DNA of 22,182 nucleotides from positions 113,158-135,339 of the IMG/VR virus record IMGVR_UViG_3300048910_000190; one strand, 5' to 3'. The notes beneath the pieces were generated by a model. That model was not told the DNA's origin, searched no databases, and saw only the letters and a list, made by a program, of their open reading frames with translations. Position numbers and translations under genes: made by a program. Positions within the stretch are counted from its first letter, which is position 1, and each line of letters starts with the position of its first letter. This document shows positions 15,008 through 22,182 of this stretch, piece by piece. Source of the stretch: a virus.

Positions 15008-15059
15008 CCGCCCCCCGCCCGGCTGCTTCGGCGGCCGGGCCAACCCGAAGGAGCCCCGC

Positions 15060-15656
15060 ATGGCCACCGCTCCGCTCTCCGAAGAGCAACTCGCCGCCAT
15101 CCGCGAGCGCACCAACGCCGCCAGTCCCGGGCCTTGGATCGTCGAAGACACCCCCGACCTCAACCGGTGGGTCACCAGCGAGAACAGCACCCTCGAAGCG
15201 AACTTCGGCTACCGCGGCAACGGCAACCAGAGCGACGCCCAGTTCGTCGCCCACGCCCGCGAGGACATCCCGCTGCTCCTTGCCGAGATCGACCGACTCA
15301 CCACCACCCTGGACGTAACCATTCAGCGGTGCGCGACCGCCCTCGCCAAGCGAGACAAGCACAAGCAGGGCGCCCGCATCGCCAACGCCGAACTGGATGC
15401 CCTACGCGAAGGCCTGCGCGAGATCGGCGGCGACCCCACACAAGTACAGAACCTGTACGCGCAGCTGAGCTCGCGCACCAGTCAGTGGAAGGCCGCCCAG
15501 GCACAGGCCGACGCCGCCCGCGCATTCGCGGACGAGATGGGTGACTACTGCTCGTACGGCAACATCGCCGCCGAGTACGCCCGGCGGCTCCGCGAGCGTC
15601 TCGACCAGGCCCAGCCCAACCGCGCCACCGACCGCGCCCGACACGGCGCCGCCTGA
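15060..15656 (+). CDS. Ead/Ea22-like phage protein with coiled-coil C-terminus
   Basis: LAAIRER..AASPGPW...DAQFVAHAREDIPLLLAEIDRL; GAAGGAG RBS. Confidence 0.7.
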   Translation: MATAPLSEEQLAAIRERTNAASPGPWIVEDTPDLNRWVTSENSTLEANFGYRGNGNQSDAQFVAHAREDIPLLLAEIDRLTTTLDVTIQRCATALAKRDKHKQGARIANAELDALREGLREIGGDPTQVQNLYAQLSSRTSQWKAAQAQADAARAFADEMGDYCSYGNIAAEYARRLRERLDQAQPNRATDRARHGAA

Positions 15657-15665
15657 GGAGCAGCC

Positions 15666-15887
15666 GTGAACAGCGAACAGGGCACCCACTTCTTCCTGAT
15701 CACCATTCAGTACACCCGGACGAACGGAAGCTTCGGCATCACCAGCGCCAACGGCGCATGGACGCCGGACCGCAAGGCGACCCGGCTCGACGTCTTCAAT
15801 GCGATCCGTGCGGAGCTGGAGAGCCAGCATCCGGAATGCCGGGGAGGCGCCGTCCTCGCCTTCAACCTCCAGCCGAACAAACTCTGA
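15666..15887 (+). CDS. Hypothetical protein, 73 aa
   Basis: GAGGAG RBS, operon tiling. Confidence 0.8.
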   Translation: MNSEQGTHFFLITIQYTRTNGSFGITSANGAWTPDRKATRLDVFNAIRAELESQHPECRGGAVLAFNLQPNKL

Positions 15888-15897
15888 GGAGCCCCGC

Positions 15898-16118
15898 GTG
15901 AGCCCCGACAACATCCCGGCCTCGGTCACGGGCCTGTACGAGAGCGGCCCGTGGATCGTCCCGGACAGCCCGAAGCGAGTCGCGCGATCCTCGCCCACTT
16001 CTGGCCCGCGATCGCGGAGCACTTCGCGCAGCTGCTCCTCGACCAAAACCCCGACCGTGGCGCCGACTTCAGCGCAGGCGTCGACTGGGCCGCCGACACC
16101 ATCCGAAGCGCCAACTGA
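15898..16118 (+). pseudogene. Small gene with a 1-nt frameshift near 15980 (or sequencing error)
   Basis: GAGGAG RBS; span is 221 nt; N-half MSPDNIP...KRV continues as AILAHFWPAIAEHF...RSAN in another frame. Confidence 0.6.
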
Positions 16119-16135
16119 AGGAACGGAACAGCCTC

Positions 16136-16435
16136 ATGCTTGAGCTCCTCGCGGGCGCGGGAATCGCCGCCATCACCTACGCCGCCGGACTCGCAACCGG
16201 CCGCCGACAGCGCAACACCACGACGCCCGCCGAAATCTGCCAATGCCGGCACGGCTCCGCGTTCCACGACGCGACCGGCTGCCACCGGACCATCAACGGG
16301 CAGATCCTCGCTTACGACGACTACGACGAGCCGATCAAGTGGGAGCAGGTCCCATGCCCGTGCGTCCGCTACGTTGGCCCGCACACGTCGTACATCCCCG
16401 AACTCGACGCGCCAGCCAGGGAGATCAACCCGTGA
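16136..16435 (+). CDS. Protein with N-terminal hydrophobic anchor and Cys/His cluster
   Basis: MLELLAGAGIAAITYAAGLA; CQCRH...H...C...CPC. Confidence 0.78.
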   Translation: MLELLAGAGIAAITYAAGLATGRRQRNTTTPAEICQCRHGSAFHDATGCHRTINGQILAYDDYDEPIKWEQVPCPCVRYVGPHTSYIPELDAPAREINP

Positions 16436-16653
16436 CCGCCAGACGCCCCCGCTACCGGATCCGGCAGCGCGCCCTGTTCTGGTACCTGATCCTCACGATC
16501 CCGACCGCCGAGGTGGCCGCGGCGCTCATCACCCACGCGGTCACCACCTCCCGCGGCGCCTTCGGCCTCGCAGTCTTCATCCCTGCGTTCGCCGTGCTCG
16601 GCGCCATCACCTTCTGGGCCGGCGAACGCTGGCTACCCAAGGAGCAGCAGTGA
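16432..16653 (+). CDS. Small two-TM membrane protein, 73 aa
   Basis: GTGA overlap, GGGAG RBS, basic N-terminus and two hydrophobic segments. Confidence 0.75.
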   Translation: MTARRPRYRIRQRALFWYLILTIPTAEVAAALITHAVTTSRGAFGLAVFIPAFAVLGAITFWAGERWLPKEQQ

Positions 16654-17084
16654 TCCTCCACAAGTCCACCAGCTACTGGGCCATCGGCATCGTCCTCACC
16701 TGGCACCCCGACATCCCCGCCGACTACCAGGGCACCCGCACCACCGGCTGGTCCGGAAAGCTCGACTACTTCGACGATGGCTGGCGGGGCGACGACAACC
16801 CCGACGAGGGCCGTGTGTCCACGGAAGGCACCTTGCACACTCGCTATGCCGTCGCCAACGGTCAGCAGCAGACCGCGCTTGCCGCGGTCATCGACACGCT
16901 CATCGCCGACGCCGCGCGGCTCGGCATCCAGCTCGGCACCGACGCCGACGGGCCCCGCCTGTACGTGCCCGGCGACGGCGAATGGGACGAACCCCCGCTC
17001 CCGGACGGCTGGCGCAACCTGCTCGCCGTCGAGGCGCAGCGAATCGGCTGGAAGACCTACGAGGCAGTGGGGCGGCAGCTGTGA
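16650..17084 (+). CDS. Hypothetical protein, 144 aa
   Basis: AAGGAG RBS, GTGA overlap; 3' part of track ORF 16140-17084. Confidence 0.8.
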   Translation: MILHKSTSYWAIGIVLTWHPDIPADYQGTRTTGWSGKLDYFDDGWRGDDNPDEGRVSTEGTLHTRYAVANGQQQTALAAVIDTLIADAARLGIQLGTDADGPRLYVPGDGEWDEPPLPDGWRNLLAVEAQRIGWKTYEAVGRQL

Positions 17085-17200
17085 CGGACGACCAGGACCC
17101 GTACGACGAGGACGACGACGAGCCGTTCGATCACGGCGGCTGCTACATGCCGCACGTCCGCAACGGCGAGTACTACGACTGCGACGGCCGACCCCTCTGA
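17081..17200 (+). CDS. 39-aa acidic microprotein
   Basis: GTGA overlap; MTDDQDPYDEDDDEPFDHGGCYMPHVRNGEYYDCDGRPL. Confidence 0.68.
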   Translation: MTDDQDPYDEDDDEPFDHGGCYMPHVRNGEYYDCDGRPL

Positions 17201-17210
17201 GGAGCAGCAC

Positions 17211-17411
17211 GTGACCAACGACCAGGATGACCGTGACCTCTGGCTCGACAGCTTCGGTGACACGTGGGAGCGCCTCGAAACGCTCTTCGTCCACGTGGCC
17301 CGCGCCGACGAAGGCGACAACCCCAACCTGACCATCGGGCGCCACAGCGGACCCATCGACACCATCACCCGCAACTACGGGCCCATGACCCCGATCGGGG
17401 AGCAGCCGTGA
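17211..17411 (+). CDS. Hypothetical protein, 66 aa
   Basis: GAGGAG RBS; ends in YGPM motif; GTGA overlap. Confidence 0.75.
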   Translation: MTNDQDDRDLWLDSFGDTWERLETLFVHVARADEGDNPNLTIGRHSGPIDTITRNYGPMTPIGEQP

Positions 17412-17689
17412 CCGACAGCCCCGTCTGGAGGCGCCTGAAGGAGCTTGCCGCGCTCAAGCCCGGCTGGCTCGACGGCGAAGGCGTCCCGCCCGGCCCCGGC
17501 GTCATCGCCCTCGCCGCCACCATCGCCATGTCCAGCACCGTGTGGGCCAAAGGGATGCGGATCTACCCGACCCCGGAAGGCGGCATCGAGCTGGAATGGG
17601 ATGACGCCGGGCGCCACCACACCATCACCGTCGGCCTGGACCTGCGCCTCAACCTGCTGACCATCGACCGGAACGAGGAACCCTGGTGA
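17408..17689 (+). CDS. Hypothetical protein, 93 aa
   Basis: RLKELAALKPGWLDGEG...IYPTPEGGIELEW; GTGA overlaps. Confidence 0.78.
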   Translation: MTDSPVWRRLKELAALKPGWLDGEGVPPGPGVIALAATIAMSSTVWAKGMRIYPTPEGGIELEWDDAGRHHTITVGLDLRLNLLTIDRNEEPW

Positions 17690-18195
17690 CCGAGCCACAC
17701 CGTCGTACCTGCGCCGCCGACTGCGGTCAGCCCCTCACCCAATGGAACGTCGACGCTGAGGGCCGACGCTGGCACCCCGACTGCCTCCCACCCGGCACCG
17801 TCATGGCCCCGTCACTGCAGGAGCAGGTGCGGCAGCTCAACGCCCAGCTGGACCTCGCCGCCGAGTTCCGCATCCCCTGCCCCGAACCTGCCGACCCCGG
17901 CCGACCCGACGACGGCCCGATCCTCCAGCCCGAACCGCTGCTCGTCCAGAAGGTCCAGCCCCGCTGGGCCGACCGGTTCCCCGACGGCTGGCGGATCTTC
18001 AACCCGAACCTCGAACCGGGCGACCACGTCTGGACCGGAGACGAGTGGGCATACCGCGGGCGGCTGCACATCGGCGTGATCTACAAGTGGACCCGCGGTC
18101 AGGCGATCGCCGAGGCGCAGCGCCTGGCCGTCGAGGAGACCCGGCGGTACGAGACGTGGCTGGCGGACATGCGAACGAACAGGGGACACCAGTGA
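17686..18195 (+). CDS. Hypothetical protein, 169 aa, N-terminal C...C...HxxC motif
   Basis: GAGGA RBS, GTGA overlaps. Confidence 0.78.
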   Translation: MTEPHRRTCAADCGQPLTQWNVDAEGRRWHPDCLPPGTVMAPSLQEQVRQLNAQLDLAAEFRIPCPEPADPGRPDDGPILQPEPLLVQKVQPRWADRFPDGWRIFNPNLEPGDHVWTGDEWAYRGRLHIGVIYKWTRGQAIAEAQRLAVEETRRYETWLADMRTNRGHQ

Positions 18196-18818
18196 CTGAC
18201 GACCAGGAGCTGACCCGCGACGAAGCCATCGCACTCGCCGACGACCTCGGCCGCCAGCTGTACCGCGCCGAGGACCGGGTTGCGTTCGTCCGCGAGATGC
18301 TCGCCAGCCGCACCGAACCCGTCGACCCCGCCACCGTGCTTGCCTGGCTCAACCACCAGCACTGCCCGCGCGTCGAGTCCGAGCAGCAACAGATCAAGCG
18401 GCTCACCGCGCTGGCCGAGGCCCGGCAGCGGGTGATCGAACGGATGGCCCGGGAATCCCTCCAGGCCGAGTCGACCGTCCAGCGAGTCCGGGACGAATGC
18501 CATCTGATCGTCGCCGAGGTGTACGGACAGCACGACGAGGACGACGACGGCATGCGCGAAGCCGTCCGCCGGATCCTCAACGTCGTGGACGGCCCGAACT
18601 CCCAGCCAGCTAGTCGACAACGGCATGCTGGTAGAAGCGACCCGGTTGCCGCCGTCGAGCAGCGCATCGCAGCCCTCAGGAGCAGCAAGAGCCAGCCGAC
18701 CGTCACCAACCACGCCTACGAAGGCATGCCCGGCCACGGGCAGCCCTGCCAAGCCGAGGCGTTCGGCGAGACCTGTGGCGCCCCTTGGGAGCAGCACGAG
18801 ATGCGTGACGAGAAATAG
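18192..18818 (+). CDS. Hypothetical coiled-coil protein, 208 aa
   Basis: GTGA overlap; C-terminal H...C...CG...H motif. Confidence 0.78.
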   Translation: MTDDQELTRDEAIALADDLGRQLYRAEDRVAFVREMLASRTEPVDPATVLAWLNHQHCPRVESEQQQIKRLTALAEARQRVIERMARESLQAESTVQRVRDECHLIVAEVYGQHDEDDDGMREAVRRILNVVDGPNSQPASRQRHAGRSDPVAAVEQRIAALRSSKSQPTVTNHAYEGMPGHGQPCQAEAFGETCGAPWEQHEMRDEK

Positions 18819-18822
18819 CGCC

Positions 18823-19020
18823 GTGACCACCAACTCTGACCCGCTGCCCCTGCCCGATCCGGTGCAGGGGCTTCTGGCTGCCCGGGTGACCTGCCGTCGC
18901 TGCCGCCGGCCCCTCCACGATCCTGACTCGGGGTTGCTGCGGGTGGGGCCAGAATGCAGACAGGCTGGCGACCGGACGGGCCGTTACGAGGCCAAGCAGG
19001 ACGTACTGCCCGGGCTGTGA
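18823..19020 (+). CDS. DUF6011-like small zinc-finger protein
   Basis: CRRCRRPLHDPDS....VGPEC. Confidence 0.65.
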   Translation: MTTNSDPLPLPDPVQGLLAARVTCRRCRRPLHDPDSGLLRVGPECRQAGDRTGRYEAKQDVLPGL

Positions 19021-19021
19021 C

Positions 19022-19414
19022 CTACACCCCCTGGAGCTCCACCTCGACGCCGCCGAGCAGTGTCACCACCTGCTCGGCCCCGTCGTTGCCGCGGCGGACC
19101 ACGACGAGAACCTGCGGCACCTGCTGGCGGAGCTTCTCCTCCACCGCCCACAGTCGACGTTCCGCGTCAGCCTCGACCAGCATGGGGTGGGCGCGCACGG
19201 CGTCCGCGGCCCGCCGGTACGCGGCCTGCAGTACGGCGTGCTGCTCCTCGTCGGTGGCTGGCCACGTGCGGCGCTCCAGCAGCTGCTCCTCGGTCGGGAA
19301 CTCAGCACGTTGCCTGACCTCGACGGCGCACACGAACTCGTCCAGTACTCGGCGGGCATCCACGCGGGCGCGCTCCAGGTCGAGGAGGTCGTCGGGCAGG
19401 TCGGTGTCGGTCAC
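19022..19414 (-). CDS. Hypothetical helical protein, 130 aa, probably LexA-regulated
   Basis: Clean ORF convergent with the operon; SOS box upstream. Confidence 0.72.
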   Translation of the reverse strand: MTDTDLPDDLLDLERARVDARRVLDEFVCAVEVRQRAEFPTEEQLLERRTWPATDEEQHAVLQAAYRRAADAVRAHPMLVEADAERRLWAVEEKLRQQVPQVLVVVRRGNDGAEQVVTLLGGVEVELQGV

Positions 19415-19479
19415 GGGTCATCCCTACAGGCAGGTGGCATCTGTGGCCCGGCGGCGCTCCGGCCGGTCGCTCGGACGGC

Positions 19480-19502
19480 ACTCTACTCGAACGCGTGTAC
19501 GA
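19480..19502 (-). promoter_or_regulatory. Actinobacterial LexA (SOS) box next to a -10 element
   Basis: TCGAAC-gcgt-GTACGA at 19487-19502; TAGAGT on the minus strand at 19485-19480. Confidence 0.72.
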
Positions 19503-19562
19503 CATCCCGGGAGGGTCGGCCGCCGACCTGCGACCCACACGCCCCGCACCTACCGTGACCCC

Positions 19563-19820
19563 ATGAGCAGCCCCGACCTCACCCCCGCCGCCCAACAACT
19601 CGCCGATGCTTGGGCCCGCACCCTCGACTACGTCGGCCGCTGCCAACGCGCGATCGAGGAAGGGAACTGGGTGTTCTTGAACGATGAGGCCGGCCGACTT
19701 TCGCTGCTCGCCGACGAAGTCTCCGCCGCAGCATCCGCCCTGACCCGCGACGAGACACCCACCAGCCCGACCGACCTGCTCGCCGCCGTACAGGCAATCG
19801 GGGAACGGCCATCCGAGTGA
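19563..19820 (+). CDS. Hypothetical protein, 85 aa, probably leaderless
   Basis: TACCGT 6 nt before ATG 19563, no RBS. Confidence 0.7.
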   Translation: MSSPDLTPAAQQLADAWARTLDYVGRCQRAIEEGNWVFLNDEAGRLSLLADEVSAAASALTRDETPTSPTDLLAAVQAIGERPSE

Positions 19821-19827
19821 ACCGCGG

Positions 19828-20133
19828 TCAGTTCAGCGAAGCCCGCTGGTGCGGTATCTGCGCCCAGCCCCGGGCGAACATCGCCGCCCGCATCCACGCC
19901 GCAGCCGCCTCGGCCATCTCCGCCACCGAAGCCCCGCCAGTCTGATTCTCCAGAACCCACAACAGTCGGCCCGCCACCGGATCCTCCCGGTCGCACACCC
20001 CGCACAGCTCCAGATCAACGCCGTTGCCCCCGCCGACCGGCATGCGAGCGGTGAACAGCACGGGCGCCCCGCAGCGCTCACAGGGCGGCAGATCTTCGTC
20101 CCGCTGGACACGGATCTCAGGCACCTCAGGCAA
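19828..20133 (-). CDS. DUF6300-like zinc-binding protein
   Basis: PPCERCG...LELCGVCD...AGRLL; GAGGAG RBS before TTG 20133; TTGACT-18nt-GATGCT upstream. Confidence 0.6.
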   Translation of the reverse strand: MPEVPEIRVQRDEDLPPCERCGAPVLFTARMPVGGGNGVDLELCGVCDREDPVAGRLLWVLENQTGGASVAEMAEAAAAWMRAAMFARGWAQIPHQRASLN

Positions 20134-20203
20134 GTTGATCTCCTCTCGGCGGGGGCCACAGCATCCACCCCGCTGACCTGCAGAGTCAACAGATCTGACG
20201 GGC

Positions 20204-20236
20204 AAAAAGGGCCGCCACCCTTGGGTGACGGCCCTT
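20204..20236 (-). terminator. Intrinsic terminator of the right-hand leftward operon
   Basis: Minus strand AAGGGCCGTCACCC-aa-GGGTGGCGGCCCTTTTT. Confidence 0.88.
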
Positions 20237-20260
20237 CCAGTCCGGCGCTGCTCCGTGGCG

Positions 20261-20452
20261 TCATGCTGCAGGCCGCCACAAGCTGATGTCCGGCAGCACG
20301 TCGGCGTGCACCGTCTCCTTGTAGATCGGCCACTTGCGGCGCCACCACGTGGGGAACAGGTACTCGCCGCAGAAACCGTCGTCCGGCTCCGGCTCGTCGT
20401 CGAACGGCAACTCGACCTGCTGCGCATCCCACCAGTCATCAACGCAACTCAC
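20261..20452 (-). CDS. Hypothetical protein, 63 aa
   Basis: GTGA overlap at 20449-20452; ends before the terminator. Confidence 0.65.
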   Translation of the reverse strand: MSCVDDWWDAQQVELPFDDEPEPDDGFCGEYLFPTWWRRKWPIYKETVHADVLPDISLWRPAA

Positions 20453-20778
20453 GGCCGACCCCCGGTGAACAGGCCCGGGAACACCTCGACGCCGCACGCA
20501 CACACCAGAGCGAGATCGCCCGGCCGGGCACCCAGCCGCTTCGGATCGCGGTGCTCGCAGCCGGACTGGCCATCGCCACGGAGCAGCACGACCTCGGCCT
20601 CCAGGGCCGCCACCTTCGCCTCCGCCAACTCGGCCCGCGCGATCTCCCCCGCCAACTGCTGGCGCAGCGGCCCGACCTCGTCCTCCAGCCGGGCCCGGTC
20701 CGCCCGCAGCGACACCGCCTCCTGCCGGGCCTCGTACAACTGCCTGCGCAACTGAGCCTCATACGCGCTGTCCGTCAT
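20449..20778 (-). CDS. Coiled-coil protein with C-terminal CxH...CxC motif
   Basis: GAGGA RBS, ATGA overlap, heptad pattern. Confidence 0.78.
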   Translation of the reverse strand: MTDSAYEAQLRRQLYEARQEAVSLRADRARLEDEVGPLRQQLAGEIARAELAEAKVAALEAEVVLLRGDGQSGCEHRDPKRLGARPGDLALVCACGVEVFPGLFTGGRP

Positions 20779-21089
20779 CTCTTCCTCCTCGCTGCGCGGG
20801 CTTCCGCCCGGCGGGCGGACCGGTTCATCGGGACAGGCTGCACCGGGGCCACCGTGACCTCGACGCTGCTACCGCTCGGCGCCGGCTGCCCGTTCACCTG
20901 CCGCCACTGGTCGAACGTCATCGGCTGCCAGCCGTGAAGGCCAACACGGTGGTGGTAGCGGCTGCCGTGCTCGGCAGCGTGTACTCCGCAGTACCGGCAG
21001 CTGAGCACGCTGTCCGGGACGACGGTCTCGACCTGCTGCACGGTGACCTCCCAGTTGGCGCCCGGCCGCGGCGCGTGCTCCCGCGTCAC
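20775..21089 (-). CDS. Hypothetical protein, 104 aa, CxxC...H...H motif
   Basis: GAGGAG RBS, GTGA overlap; basic MNRSARRA tail. Confidence 0.72.
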   Translation of the reverse strand: MTREHAPRPGANWEVTVQQVETVVPDSVLSCRYCGVHAAEHGSRYHHRVGLHGWQPMTFDQWRQVNGQPAPSGSSVEVTVAPVQPVPMNRSARRAEARAARRKR

Positions 21090-21265
21090 GGCCGGGACTC
21101 CTCGTCTTCGTCGCGGCAGGCGCAGTCGGGTGACGTGCAGTCGCCCCAGTACTCGCACACCCCGCCGCAGTCCGGATGCTCGCACGGCCCGTAGTAGCAG
21201 CCCGCGATGCACCGGTAGTTCTCGCTCAACGGGTGACCGCACGGGCAGTCATCAGGTCCGCTCAC
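21086..21265 (-). CDS. 59-aa microprotein with 10 Cys
   Basis: GAGGAG RBS, GTGA overlaps at both ends; below ORF-track cutoff. Confidence 0.75.
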   Translation of the reverse strand: MSGPDDCPCGHPLSENYRCIAGCYYGPCEHPDCGGVCEYWGDCTSPDCACRDEDEESRP

Positions 21266-21405
21266 TGGTCGGTCTCCTCATCGCGGTTGGGGTGGTGTTC
21301 GCGCCACAGGGCGCGGGCGAGGTAGTAGCCGAGGACGAGCAGTGGCCCGCCCACCACCTCGCCTAGGGCCCGCAGGTCGGGCCAGAAGTCAGGCGTCACC
21401 GTCAT
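21262..21405 (-). CDS. 47-aa single-TM protein
   Basis: Hydrophobic VVGGPLLVLGYYLARALW; operon tiling. Confidence 0.62.
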   Translation of the reverse strand: MTVTPDFWPDLRALGEVVGGPLLVLGYYLARALWREHHPNRDEETDQ

Positions 21406-21529
21406 CACCCCGCCCTGCCGCCCGGTCCTCGCGGGCGCCGGCACGGAGAGCACCGAACAGCACCCACAGCACCAGCAGCGCGGCCACGATCAGCACCGCC
21501 AGCACAACCGCACCCAACAGGCCGCTCAC
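21389..21529 (-). CDS. 46-aa single-TM protein
   Basis: GTGA overlap; LLGAVVLAVLIVAALLVLWVLFGAL. Confidence 0.68.
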   Translation of the reverse strand: MSGLLGAVVLAVLIVAALLVLWVLFGALRAGAREDRAAGRGDDGDA

Positions 21530-21897
21530 GACGCACGCCCGGGAGGAGTCTTCGCGGCATTCGGGCAATCGCCGTAGGAGGCGCCGGGGAAGCACAGGTT
21601 GCCGTGCTCCGGGCATTTCGTGCAGCGCGGGCACCACTCCAGGCCGTCGTCTACCGGCAGGTGGCAGTTCCCGCAGACGGAACGCGTGTCCACGGGAGGA
21701 ACCCCGCGGTGCTTGCGCTCGGACCGCCACGCGGCGAACCGCGAGACCCGCTCCCACCGGCCAGCCCACCCGCGAGGCTTGTACAGCTGCCAAGCCTTCC
21801 CGCAGTGGTCGCAGCGGACCATGTCGCCGCTGTCGTGGAGCCGTTCGGTGGGAAGGTCGCACTGGTGGTCGCCCTTCCGGATCAAGGTGACGCTCAC
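21526..21897 (-). CDS. Multi-zinc-finger-like protein, 123 aa
   Basis: HQC, CDHC, CGNC, CPRC, CPEH motifs; GTGA overlaps. Confidence 0.75.
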   Translation of the reverse strand: MSVTLIRKGDHQCDLPTERLHDSGDMVRCDHCGKAWQLYKPRGWAGRWERVSRFAAWRSERKHRGVPPVDTRSVCGNCHLPVDDGLEWCPRCTKCPEHGNLCFPGASYGDCPNAAKTPPGRAS

Positions 21898-22182
21898 GAC
21901 TCGCCGCCGAGGAGCTGCCGGGCCAGCTGGTAGGCGCGCACCACGTGGGTCGCATGGAGTGCCCCGGGGCGGCAGTACGCGGCGGTCGCCTCCAGCCAGT
22001 CGGCGAGAGCGAGCCCGACACCCGGATGCACCAGCGCGATCCAGGCAGCGTCGTCCTCGCCGCGCTCCTGCACCGAACGCTCAACGGCGAAGACCTCCGG
22101 ACGGTCAACGTCCGCGCTGCCGACCATCGCGTGCGGGCTCCCCACGAGCAGGAGGAAGCAGGCGGGGTCGTTGCAGTCGGCG
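21894..22182 (-). CDS. Phage-type hypothetical protein, 3' part only
   Basis: Frame open to window edge; DAAWIALVHPGVGLALADWL motif. Confidence 0.7.
   Translation of the reverse strand, partial: ADCNDPACFLLLVGSPHAMVGSADVDRPEVFAVERSVQERGEDDAAWIALVHPGVGLALADWLEATAAYCRPGALHATHVVRAYQLARQLLGGES

Larger units (their letters stand above)
1..22182. mobile_element. Part of an integrated temperate element (prophage or phage/AICE hybrid); neither end is in the window
   Basis: Xis-like HTH, CI/Cro-like switch, initiator with iterons plus DnaB, dozens of small coupled ORFs, no housekeeping genes. Confidence 0.88.

Noticed and set aside
16432-16653. Holin
   Set aside because: Two TM segments fit, but it lies among early genes with no endolysin nearby

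Overview
High-GC actinobacterial (Streptomycetaceae-like) DNA that reads as the early/regulatory half of an integrated temperate element (prophage or phage/AICE hybrid). Left to right: (i) a leftward operon of tightly coupled small genes headed by an excisionase-type HTH gene (1-3479), next to a KorSA/HutC-like GntR-UTRA repressor with phased operators; (ii) a small rightward pair of genes and a membrane-anchored FxLYD-like protein; (iii) a lambda-like divergent XRE repressor/Cro switch with five operator-like repeats; (iv) a replication module: HTH initiator with internal iterons, an intact DnaB helicase, and a second C-terminal-only DnaB paralogue with a dead Walker A; (v) a long rightward run of small phage-type accessory genes, interrupted by a divergent GIY-YIG nuclease/odd serine-resolvase-like pair with PafBC-type promoters and by an AlpA-like HTH gene; (vi) a LexA-box gene and a converging leftward operon of small Cys-rich and membrane proteins. 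No integrase, structural genes, RNA genes or CRISPR array were seen. Family names come from motif recognition by eye, not database searches, and many start codons were re-picked from RBS and stop/start overlaps.
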